The notes beneath the pieces were generated by a model that saw only the letters and a list, made by a program, of their open reading frames with translations, was not told the DNA's origin and searched no databases. A stretch of 64,000 bases of DNA from positions 64,001 to 128,000 of the forward strand of contig CAVXVB010000007.1 of assembly GCA_963765205.1 (NCBI GenBank), read 5' to 3'. This stretch comes from an uncultured Verrucomicrobiae bacterium. GTDB taxonomy: Bacteria > Verrucomicrobiota > Verrucomicrobiia > Opitutales > JABDGR01. This document shows positions 52,134-61,249 of the stretch, in pieces; position 1 is the stretch's first letter; each line of letters begins with the position of its first letter. A program made the position numbers and the translations under genes.

Positions 52134-52658
52134 ATGCACCGCAAAGTTTTCCGCGTCGTTTGGGTTCCGCTGCTATTCACGCTCGCGGGCTGCGGGCAGT
52201 CGGCCGCACCGCCGGCGGCGGCTGCGCCCGCGACGGGGCCGGTGGACGCGGAGATTCCGTCCATCATGAATGGGAGCCAGCAGGTGGTCCAGGTCACGGC
52301 GGAGGATGCGATGCGCTTCAACGGCAATCGCTTCACGGTGCATACGGGGCAGGCGGTGCGGGTCGAGCTGACGAATATCGGGCACCGGCCGCGCGTGGAA
52401 ATGGAGCATGACTTTGTCATCCTGCAACCGGGGACGGATGCGCGGATGTTCAACCTCACCACGGCCCAGGCGAAGGCGGCGGGGTATTTGCCGCCGGAGC
52501 AGATGGACAAGGTCTTCGCGCACACGGAGCTGGCCGGGCCGGGGCAGCTGGTGGCGGTGGAGTTCACCGCGCCCGCGCCGGGGAAATACCCGTTTTTGTG
52601 TAATTTTCCCGGTCATTACGCCGCCGGGATGCACGGGACGATGACGGTGGAGCCGTGA
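52134..52658 (+). CDS. Azurin/auracyanin-like blue copper lipoprotein
   Basis: Lipobox LAGC; MEHDFV and FLCNFPGHYAAGM copper ligands. Confidence 0.88.
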   Translation: MHRKVFRVVWVPLLFTLAGCGQSAAPPAAAAPATGPVDAEIPSIMNGSQQVVQVTAEDAMRFNGNRFTVHTGQAVRVELTNIGHRPRVEMEHDFVILQPGTDARMFNLTTAQAKAAGYLPPEQMDKVFAHTELAGPGQLVAVEFTAPAPGKYPFLCNFPGHYAAGMHGTMTVEP

Positions 52659-52879
52659 GGAGGGAAGAGGAGGAAATGCGGAATGCGGAAAAGAGAAAGC
52701 CGATAGATGATTTTGCGCGGGTTGGCCACGCAAAGCATTCCAGGAGGGGGCGGAATTCAGCATTCAGAACCCAGCATTCAGCAATAGCACTGGCACGCTC
52801 TATGCTCAGTTTAACGAAGACAGACCCTATCGGATGATGTTCTCGATGGGACGCTGCCTTGCCGCCGCATTGGTTCGCC

Positions 52880-53143
52880 ATGAAAAAGTCCGTTTACGTG
52901 GGCAATTTGCCCTTCTCCGCCACTGAAACCGAAATTCACGACCTGTTCGCCGGATTCAGCCCGGTGTATGGGGTGAAGATTATCGTGGATCGGGAGACGA
53001 ACCGTTCGCGCGGCTTCGCCTTTGTCGAGGTGGACGCCGACAAGGCGGAGGCGGCGATCAAGGGGCTGGAGGGCAAGGACATGAAGGGCCGGCCGTTGAA
53101 GGTGAACGAGGCGCGGCACCGGGTCAAAGTTGGCGCGGTGTGA
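52880..53143 (+). CDS. RRM RNA-binding protein
   Basis: VYVGNLPF (RNP2), RGFAFVE (RNP1), GRPLKVNEAR. Confidence 0.95.
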   Translation: MKKSVYVGNLPFSATETEIHDLFAGFSPVYGVKIIVDRETNRSRGFAFVEVDADKAEAAIKGLEGKDMKGRPLKVNEARHRVKVGAV

Positions 53144-53357
53144 GGAGGGGTTCACCGCCAAGTCGCGAAGATCGCCAAGGCTGATTTTTTTGGCAGAATT
53201 TATTCCTGGCGTCCGGGCGGTGAAATAGGGAGCGGGGTGGACAAGGTGACGTTATAAACAGGAGGCTGATTTATTCTGGGCAAAGCAGGGAATTTGTCGT
53301 AAACAGACAGGCGAGGGCCGACCCGCGGCCGGGCCGGCGCCCGGCCCACTTTTTCTT

Positions 53358-53984
53358 ATGCGCAAATTATGGCTGATTGTCCTGGTGATCGCGATCACGG
53401 TTTTGGCGGTCTGGCTGTTCCGACAGCCGACGGCGGCGGCGACGCCCAAGCTGGCGATGGCCCCCGCGCCGGTCAATATTGCCGCGCCCGCGCCGAACAA
53501 GGTTGAGCCGCCGAAACTGGCCCCGCCGGTGGTGCCCAAATCGGTGGCCGAGGCTCCCGTGGCGGCGCCCGCGGCGGTGGAAGCCGCGCCGGCCGCGGAG
53601 GGCACGCAGGCGGAATTGAATGCCACGATTGACGATATTGCTTCGATGATGCAGGCCGGCGACCTTGTGGGCCTGTTCGAAAAATATGCTTCGCCGGAAG
53701 ACCAGGCCAAGATGACGCCCCAGGATAAAGCGGAAATGGAGCAGGGTATGCAGCAAGCGATGGCCGATCCCCAAGCGCAGCAGATGATCCAGGGGATGAC
53801 GCGGATGTTCCAATCCCTGAAGGATCAAACGCCGCAAATGAACGCGACCGGCGACCAGGCCACCTACCAGATGACGCCGACGGCGGACATGCTGCAGCCC
53901 GGCATGGCGTTGCCGCCGTCCCAGCCGATGACTTTTGAAAAGATTGACGGCCGGTGGTATATCAAGGGTGGCGAGGGTTTTTAG
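53358..53984 (+). CDS. Membrane-anchored hypothetical protein (paralog 2)
   Basis: AELNATIDDIASMMQAGD ... MTFEKIDGRWYI. Confidence 0.75.
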   Translation: MRKLWLIVLVIAITVLAVWLFRQPTAAATPKLAMAPAPVNIAAPAPNKVEPPKLAPPVVPKSVAEAPVAAPAAVEAAPAAEGTQAELNATIDDIASMMQAGDLVGLFEKYASPEDQAKMTPQDKAEMEQGMQQAMADPQAQQMIQGMTRMFQSLKDQTPQMNATGDQATYQMTPTADMLQPGMALPPSQPMTFEKIDGRWYIKGGEGF

Positions 53985-54000
53985 CTTGCGCCAACCCGCC

Positions 54001-54642
54001 ATGAAACCGCGGCATTTTGCGATGGTCTTGGCGGGCATCTTCGCCGTCGTGGGAATGGCATGGCTCCTACGTAGTTCGGTGCCAGCGACAACGCCGCTGA
54101 AAGCCGCCGAGGGTTTTGGGTCCGCGCCGGTAAACGTCGAAACAGCGGCGTTAAGCAAAGTCGAAGCGCCAGGCCTTGCGCCGCCGGTCGCCCCGCGCGC
54201 GACGAAAGCCGGAGCGGCCACGGCGCCAAGGGTGGCGGCCGATGATACAGACAAACAGGCAACCGCGGCGGAGTTGAGTGCGGTCGTTGACGACATGGTT
54301 GATTTGGTGCAGGCTGGCGATGTGGTTGCGTTTTTTGATAAATACACCCCGCCGGAAGAATTGGCCCAGATGACGCCGGAGGCAAAAGCGCAAATGGTGC
54401 AAAATGCACAGCAATGGATGACGGATTCGGCGACGGAGCCATTTGCCCGCGCCTTGCTGCTGGGTTGGCAATCCCTGCAAAACCAGGCACCCGTCCTGAA
54501 TGCCGCCAGGGATGAGGCGAGCTACCAGATGAAACTCCCGGCGATCATTGATCCCTCCCGCGGGTTGGACATTCCGGCCATGACGCGACCCATGGTCTTT
54601 GAAAAAATTGACGGCCATTGGTATGTTAAGGGCAATAACTGA
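54001..54642 (+). CDS. Membrane-anchored hypothetical protein (paralog 3)
   Basis: AELSAVVDDMVDLVQAGD ... MVFEKIDGHWYV. Confidence 0.75.
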   Translation: MKPRHFAMVLAGIFAVVGMAWLLRSSVPATTPLKAAEGFGSAPVNVETAALSKVEAPGLAPPVAPRATKAGAATAPRVAADDTDKQATAAELSAVVDDMVDLVQAGDVVAFFDKYTPPEELAQMTPEAKAQMVQNAQQWMTDSATEPFARALLLGWQSLQNQAPVLNAARDEASYQMKLPAIIDPSRGLDIPAMTRPMVFEKIDGHWYVKGNN

Positions 54643-54758
54643 CGCTGGGGCGCGTTTTGGCCGGTCAGCTTTTGCGCCGATTTCACAAATTTCTTGTTCG
54701 TTTTCCCGCGTTGATGGTGTCTAAATAAGAAGGAGCCACAGGATTTGATGAAACCGCC

Positions 54759-55374
54759 ATGAGCCGCCGTAATTTTGCCGTCATTTTGATGAGCGCCATC
54801 GCCGTGGTGGCGCTGGCGTGGCTGTTCCACACCCCGGCCCCGGCGGCGATGCCGGAAAAGACGGTGGCCACGCCCAAGCCCGCACCCCAACAGATCCAAG
54901 CGCCGAAGCTGGCGCCGACGCAAATCGCCCCGCCGGTGGCCGGCCCGGCGAACGGGCCGGCGGAGCCGACGGGCGAGGTGGCGGCCCGCGCCTGCGGAGA
55001 CGGACCCGCAGGGGGAATTGGGCACTTCGATTGATGACATCATTGGCCTCTTGCAAGCCGGCGACCTGTATACGGCGATGATGCGCTATTTCCCGCCCGA
55101 CAAGCTGGCGGAGATATCGCCGGCGGACATGGCGGGCATGCAGCAAAACTTGCAGCAGATGATGGCCCAGCCGGAGGCGCAGATGGGCATCCAGATGATG
55201 GTGCAGGTGCTGCAAAACATGAAAACCATGACGCCGACGATGAATGACGCCGGCGACAAGGCTACTTATGACGTGTCCGACCCCACCGGGCAGGACACGC
55301 GCACGCAGCCGTTCTCATTCGAGAAAATTGAGGGGAAATGGTATGTGGACCCCGACAAAATGGGCGGGATGTGA
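54759..55374 (+). CDS. Membrane-anchored hypothetical protein (paralog 4; frameshifted near 54990)
   Basis: ELGTSIDDIIGLLQAGD ... FSFEKIEGKWYV; ORFs 54759-55034 plus 55018-55374. Confidence 0.7.
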
Positions 55375-55461
55375 GGCCAGCGGCGACCATTTTTCGAAAA
55401 TTAAATCCACCTATTCCAAAATTTTCCGTTACCAACTCCAACCTCAACCCAACCCGCTCCC

Positions 55462-55851
55462 ATGAATCCATCCACGAATCCTCCGCCCCTGCCCAACCTG
55501 GGCTTGGCCCCGCTGCTCGTCGCCCTGGCCTTTTGCTGCCTGGTATTCGCCTTTATGTTCTGGAAAATTTTCACCAAGGCGGGGCAACCGGGGTGGGCCA
55601 GCCTCATTCCGATTTACAACTGGTATGTGCTGCTGAAGGTGTCGGGCAAGCCCGGCTGGTGGCTGATTCTATACTTTATTCCCCTGGTGAGTTTCATCAT
55701 GTGGATTCTGACGTGCCTGGCGGTGGCGGAAAAATTCGGCAAAGGCGCGGGCTTTGGCGTGGGGCTGGCGTTCCTGTCCATTATCTTCTTCCCGATTCTC
55801 TGGCTTCGGCGGCGCGCAATACCAGGGGACGACGGGCGGGTAGGTGTTTGA
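55462..55851 (+). CDS. DUF5684-like membrane protein
   Basis: WKIFTKAGQPGWASLIPIYN...GKPGWW...FGKGAGFG; C-terminus probably frameshifted. Confidence 0.75.
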   Translation: MNPSTNPPPLPNLGLAPLLVALAFCCLVFAFMFWKIFTKAGQPGWASLIPIYNWYVLLKVSGKPGWWLILYFIPLVSFIMWILTCLAVAEKFGKGAGFGVGLAFLSIIFFPILWLRRRAIPGDDGRVGV

Positions 55852-56152
55852 AGCCGAAGACCATGCACCGCCAAGACGCGAAGAACGCAAAGGAGGCTTT
55901 TGCATAAGAGGCCGGCTTGGCGCTCTTTGCGGCTGGGCGGTGAAGTTTTGGCAAACGGGCGTTTGAATTGGTGCGGAAACCGCGCGGAGGGGGCGGGGTT
56001 GCAAGAATCTTGGTTCGCGTAAAACTTTTACGAAGAATAAAGACAACTATCCGCGGGCGCTGAGGTTTATCTGGGCAAGTTCCTCGCCCCCGGAAGCCGC
56101 TGACCGCGGCCACGGCGGGCTTTCCAACCGCAATCCTCAAAAAAGAAAATTT

Positions 56153-56680
56153 ATGAATACACTTTTCAAACTGATAGCGATGACCCTGGCCCTGGGCCTC
56201 GGGGGCAACCTTGCATTCGCCCAGGATGCTCCCGCCGTAACCCAAGCCCCGGCGGGCGTGGGCGACCAAAATCCCAATGCCGGCCCCGGCGGCCCTGGCG
56301 ATCAAGGTGGTCCCGGTGGGCCGGGCGGATTTCGCGGTGGGCCGGGCGGCCCCGGCGGCCCCGGTGGGCCTGGCGGTCCGGGCTTTGGCCCGCCGCCCGC
56401 GGGCGCGCAAGATGGCCCGCCTCCGGCCGGTGATTCGGTTTCGGGGAATGGCGCGGACAACCCGGATGGAGCGCCTCCACAAGGCGGTCCGGGCTTTGGC
56501 CCCGGTCGCGGTGGCCCGGGTGGTCGGGGTGGCCCGCGTGATGGTCGCGGTGGGCTTGGCGGACGTGGTGGCCCGGGTGGGCCTGGCGGTCGCGGTGGCC
56601 CGGGTGGCCCCGGTTTTGGCCCGCCGCCTGATGGCGCACCGGTGGAGGCCGGTTCGGCTCCCGCCGGCAGCGGGGCGTAA
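56153..56680 (+). CDS. Secreted Gly/Pro-rich low-complexity protein
   Basis: Signal peptide ending AFA-Q; (GGP)n repeats. Confidence 0.7.
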   Translation: MNTLFKLIAMTLALGLGGNLAFAQDAPAVTQAPAGVGDQNPNAGPGGPGDQGGPGGPGGFRGGPGGPGGPGGPGGPGFGPPPAGAQDGPPPAGDSVSGNGADNPDGAPPQGGPGFGPGRGGPGGRGGPRDGRGGLGGRGGPGGPGGRGGPGGPGFGPPPDGAPVEAGSAPAGSGA

Positions 56681-56732
56681 TTCCGCGAAAACAATTTAGG
56701 GGTAAGGACGCAAACAGGGGCGTCCGAGCACG

Positions 56733-56763
56733 GAGGCCGGGCCGATGCAGTCGGCCCGGCCTC
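56733..56763. terminator. Stem-loop between convergent genes (probable terminator)
   Basis: 13-bp perfect stem GAGGCCGGGCCGA / TCGGCCCGGCCTC followed by TTCATTTT. Confidence 0.65.
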
Positions 56764-56789
56764 TTCATTTTAAGGATGAGCGACGGCCT

Positions 56790-58031
56790 TCACACTTTGG
56801 TAAAGAGGGCGAGGGTGGCGCTGTAGCCGTGGATGAAATTGTGGGGGCCGACGGGGCCGAATTCGCCGTTGCCGAAAAAGCCGGCGAAGGCGAGGGGGCC
56901 GAGCGAGCGGGCGATCAGCCCGGCGTCGTGGTCGGGCCGGCCAAAGAGGTGGGTGCCGCGGCCGTTGCACACGCAGAGGCAGCCGCCGTAAACGAGGCGG
57001 CCGGCCAGGTCGGCGCGGGTTTGCGCGAGGTGCTCGGCGAGGTCCGCCGCCGCCGCCGTGGCGTCGCGCAACTGGAACTGGAGGGTCTGCCCGGGGCGGG
57101 GAAAGGCGGCCACCGCGAGCGCGCCGGACTGCTGGTCGCCGCCGAGGATATTGCGTATTAAAAAATCTCCGCGGCGAAATTCGTCCGTGTATTCATTGAC
57201 GGCGAGGCCGACAAAGATGTTGCCTTTGGCGCGCTGGCGCTGGGCCTCGGGCAGGTTCTGGAAGGTTTCCTGGAGGACTTGATAGGCGGGGCGGTTGCCG
57301 ATTTGGTGGATGACGTAGCCTTCGGCGCGCGTGATCGTCCACGTCTCGCCCACCGGCTCGCAGCCCTGGGCGACGAGGCCGGCGAGGCCGACCGCGCCGC
57401 CCACGGAGAGGGCGACGCCGCCTTCCTCGTAAACGTGGCCGTTCAAATACAACTGGCTGGCAAATTCGCCGTCGCGCCCGGCGGCGAGGCCGCCGAGGAT
57501 GGGCCGCGGGGCGTAGGCGGCATTCCAGCCGCTGAGCCATTGGTCGGTGCGCATATGGAACGGGTCGGCAAAAACGAGCCAGCCGCGCGCGTGCTCGGGC
57601 GCGACGCCGGATTGGCGCACCCAATAGCCGGCGCCGACATCGGCCTCGACGTCGCGCGCGGGGAAATGGAAGCCGTGCAGTTCCGCGCCGGGCAAATGAA
57701 AGAGGGCCAGCGCGAGGCCTGCGTGGCGCTCGATTTCGTGGCCGGTGGCGACGAGGGCGTGGCTCGAGCAGCCGACGAGCAAGGGGGTGTGCGCGTGGAG
57801 GCGGATGATTTCGAGCGCCTCACGGGCGGCGGCGTAAAACGGCGGCGCCATGAAAACAAGGCCGAGTGTGGGCGGCCCGGCGGTCACGCGCTCGCGCAAT
57901 TGCGTGGCAAATTGGACGAGGGCCTCCTCATTGAACGGCCCGGGCAGGTGGCCGGCCGCGGCGTGCCCCGGCGCCAGCTCGAGCGGCGGCAGGGGTTCGG
58001 CGGGCGAAAAATGGGCCGGCGGCGTTTCCAT
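56790..58031 (-). CDS. FIST-domain signal transduction protein
   Basis: LVGCSS, ILGGLA, VAQGCEPVG, FLIRNILG, QFQLRD, C.GRG, GFFGNGEFGP. Confidence 0.88.
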   Translation of the reverse strand: METPPAHFSPAEPLPPLELAPGHAAAGHLPGPFNEEALVQFATQLRERVTAGPPTLGLVFMAPPFYAAAREALEIIRLHAHTPLLVGCSSHALVATGHEIERHAGLALALFHLPGAELHGFHFPARDVEADVGAGYWVRQSGVAPEHARGWLVFADPFHMRTDQWLSGWNAAYAPRPILGGLAAGRDGEFASQLYLNGHVYEEGGVALSVGGAVGLAGLVAQGCEPVGETWTITRAEGYVIHQIGNRPAYQVLQETFQNLPEAQRQRAKGNIFVGLAVNEYTDEFRRGDFLIRNILGGDQQSGALAVAAFPRPGQTLQFQLRDATAAAADLAEHLAQTRADLAGRLVYGGCLCVCNGRGTHLFGRPDHDAGLIARSLGPLAFAGFFGNGEFGPVGPHNFIHGYSATLALFTKV

Positions 58032-58093
58032 GCCCAACAGCATAACAAGATTTCCACGTTTGGCAATGGTTTCGGGGGGGTGTCGTGACGCAT

Positions 58094-58174
58094 TTTCGTA
58101 GCGTTGAGCTTTAGCCAGCGCTTTTTCAATACTCCTGCAACTCGGAGCGCTGGCTAAAGCTCAGCGCTACGAAA
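58094..58174. repeat. GTAG-type REP doublet (29-bp inverted repeat, one mismatch)
   Basis: TTTCGTAGCGTTGAGCTTTAGCCAGCGCT / AGCGCTGGCTAAAGCTCAGCGCTACGAAA. Confidence 0.8.
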
Positions 58175-58228
58175 CAAACCCTGTCCCACAATGCGAGATC
58201 CGAAAACACGGGACGGTATGGTTGGGGT

Positions 58229-58423
58229 TCAGCCATGGGCAATCTTGGTTTCCAATTCCTCGGCGGAGACGCGCCGCCAGGCCTTCATGGCCCGGATGCG
58301 ACTGGCGGTGGCGCGACGCCACTCGGGCGTCTCGTGTTTCAGGCGCAAAAGGGAGGCGAACAATTCCTGCCGATCGCGTTTCCCCAGGCGGCAAACTTCT
58401 TGTTTAAGTTCCAGCAGACTCAT
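58229..58423 (-). CDS. Small antitoxin-like protein
   Basis: 64 aa, MSLLELKQEV..L...DRQEL pattern typical of addiction-module antidotes; stop overlaps a downstream ATG (ATGGCTGA). Confidence 0.5.
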   Translation of the reverse strand: MSLLELKQEVCRLGKRDRQELFASLLRLKHETPEWRRATASRIRAMKAWRRVSAEELETKIAHG

Positions 58424-58678
58424 GGAGACATCCTAGCCGCCGGGTGGCTTTCGTCAAGGACACAGCGGCGGTGGAACTGATAGATGAACGAGGAAGGCAT
58501 CGAAGGTTCTTTTGAGCTCACGGCGGGCTGGTCGAACTGCGCCAAGGCAGAATTTTTTTCGGCTAGCATCGCGGCGAAGGCGGGTGGGGAAATTAAAATA
58601 ATGGCAATGATCGTGAGAGACGCATGGGGGCAGGGACGCCTTGGAGAAGCGTCCCTTGTCGCGCAACACCCAAGGGGA

Positions 58679-59179
58679 CTATTCCGTGAGGGTGAGAGTC
58701 ACGTCGGTGTTGGGGGATTTCACGGTGGTGACCGGTTGCCCCGGTTTGAGGAAAACCCAGCCCGATGCGCCAGGTTGGGGACCCGCCCTAGGTAAATTGA
58801 CATTGGCGCCCGCCTCGTAATTCACCAGATAGCCATCACCACTTTGGGTTATAGATATTACCCGGACATCCATCGTTTCGTCGTCCGGGCTGGCACCCTG
58901 CGCGGTCACGGTAACGTCCAGCTTGACGTTGGTATTCACCATGCCCGTGAAATGGATGGCCAGGGAACCCATATTTGGCGGGGCGGCCGGCTGGGGCGCG
59001 TTGAAGTTCTGCCCTCGGGCACCTTGGGCGACGGCGCCAGGGGGGAGCGGTCCGATTGTGCGTCGAGGGCCAGTTGGCGCGGGGGGAGCGGCCTCCGGTA
59101 CGGAGGCCGGAGCGTCTTGCGCGGCCAGTGTCAAAGTTAACAAAGTGAGCAAGAGGATGGCGAAATGAGGCGTTTTCAT
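58679..59179 (-). CDS. Secreted hypothetical protein
   Basis: Signal peptide, Pro-rich linker, one beta-rich domain similar to the repeats in the upstream sigma factor tail. Confidence 0.65.
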   Translation of the reverse strand: MKTPHFAILLLTLLTLTLAAQDAPASVPEAAPPAPTGPRRTIGPLPPGAVAQGARGQNFNAPQPAAPPNMGSLAIHFTGMVNTNVKLDVTVTAQGASPDDETMDVRVISITQSGDGYLVNYEAGANVNLPRAGPQPGASGWVFLKPGQPVTTVKSPNTDVTLTLTE

Positions 59180-59229
59180 ATAAGGGGAATAAAGTAAAGG
59201 GTTGGAAAGGATGGAAGGCGTTGATTCCA

Positions 59230-61111
59230 TTAATAAGCGGCGGAGGTGAGGGTTATATTGAGGCTGCCCAAACCTTGGGCGTCCTGCACGGTGATCGTCT
59301 GGCCAACTTTGAGCAGGACCGAACCACTGCAAAGGTCGTCCCCGCCACCTAAAACGATGACGCTACCTGAGGGAGTGGTGGTGGGGACGTTAATTGAAAA
59401 ATCCGCGCTATATCCCACCTGATAAGTGCCCGGATCCGCCGCTGCACTCGGAGCGGGCTTCATGATCGTGACGCGGTTTGATGCATGCGAGGCTGGGCTG
59501 TTGGCCAGTGGCACCGCGGCCACTTGATACAATTCTTCGACCCCCTGGCCAAGCCCCGCCATCGTGGTGGTCAAGGCGACATTAACCGGGATATCTGGAG
59601 CCAAGGCACCTTGGATGTTCACTGTAAAATTTTGCGTGGGGCTTCCCCCGGTTCCCGCGGGTGGGCCGGCGTTGGGCACTTCGGTGAGGGTCACTTTGAG
59701 GTTTATTAGGCCATCGTCGCTGGCGACAGAGGCCGTTTCCCCGGATTTCAGAACCAATGAGCTATTGGCGGTAATGAAGCCGTTGGGTTTGGCGTCAAGT
59801 GAACTCGCGGCAGAGGCAAAACTTATTTGATAGCTGTCTGCAACCAGCGAAATATTGCCTCGGATCGTTCCTTGGACAGCCTCTTGCACAGGATAAGGCC
59901 CGCCGTTGAATTGTGCGGTGCCAAAGACGAACTCTCGCAAAAAATGTCCAATGCCCACGAAGGTGACATCCACGGGATGGTCCGGCCCCAGATTGCCGGT
60001 GACGCGCACGACCACATTATGGGAAAGCGGCTGGCTGGCCGATGCGCCGGCACCGGCCCGCCCGCGCTGGGCGGGAGGCGCGGAGATGGTTCTGGCGGGT
60101 GGAACTGCTGGCACGCTGCCCGACGAATTTGGCGTGGTTGCGGTGGGGGGCGGGCTGGACTCGGCCACCAGCAAGGGAGGCGAACCCGGCGTGCCGGCGG
60201 GCGTGGGTGCAACCAACGGCGTAGATTGAGCAAGCGCCAAAGTTGGCGATGGTTGGCTTGGCGACGTGGCCGGTGCGGGAACGGGCGGGGTTGCTTGGTT
60301 GGCGACGGCGGCAACTGTCGGGGTCGTGAGTATCTTATTATCTGGGAGATTGGCTGAGCGTAAAAACGGCAGCGCAATCAAACTGGCCGCCACCAGCGCA
60401 AGGGCGATTTGGGTTTTGGTGTTCATGGTGAGAAAAAACTTGAGCAACATATCGCCCATGCCCAACGCCGCGCCGGAACCGGCCAGCGCCGCCCCTGTGA
60501 CGCTGGCGGCGAGACCTGGCCGGCACCGCCTGGCTGGACGGCGCGGTGAGCGCGGTCACGACCGCGGTCGAGGCCACGGTGACGCCCGAGCGCGCGAAAT
60601 ACCGGCGCATTTTCTTGATGGCGCGGGCTATGCGGTTGTGCGCGGCCTGCTCGCTCAACGCCGCCGCGGCGCCGGCTTCGCGCAGGCTCTTGTTCTCAAA
60701 AAAGCGCAGGATGATGAGGTTTTGGTCGCGGGGGCTTAATTGGCCCAGCGCCTCGTCCAGCAGGGGCAGGAGTTGGGCGAGCATGGGCGAGGCGCCTGAG
60801 TCGAGTTCGGCGTTGTTCATGGCTGCGGTCTCGCGTTGGCGGCGGCGGTGTTCCTTGCGCAATTCATTGAGGGCGGTGCGGTGCGTCGTGCGGTAGAGCC
60901 AGCCCGGCAGCGCGCGGCCGTGGCGCACCATCCAGCTTTTGCGGGCCAGGAGCAAAAAGACCGCCTGCACGACGTTTTGCGCCGCCTGCGATTCGCCGGT
61001 GAGGCGCAAGGCCGTCGCATAGACGAGGCGGACATGGCGCGCCACCAGTTCGGCAAAGGCGGTCTCCGACTGGCGCTCGCGGTATTCCTGCAACAGGGCG
61101 TGGTCATCCAT
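59230..61111 (-). CDS. ECF sigma-70 factor with TM helix and extracytoplasmic C-terminal extension (frameshift near 60520)
   Basis: AFAELVARH, LPGWLY, LDEALGQL...LRFFE regions 2 and 4; removing one base joins it to ORF 59230-60465 via AVPAGLAASV...MNTKTQIALALV. Confidence 0.8.
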
Positions 61112-61249
61112 GAGGGTGCTTTATTATAATGACACCGCCGAAGCTGCAAACTACACAAACCCATGCCAAAGGGCGGGCGATAGAGGCGTTTCTGGAGGGT
61201 AGGGACGCCCTACCGTGCGTTGATTAAATTGCTGACGATATTACCGCCC

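Noticed and set aside
53270..53357. c-di-GMP riboswitch or attenuator before the paralog cluster
   Set aside because: A GC hairpin with a T run is present, but the aptamer consensus is not matched.
56153..56680. True collagen-like protein
   Set aside because: Repeats are short, interrupted GGP/GGR runs, more consistent with a disordered low-complexity protein.
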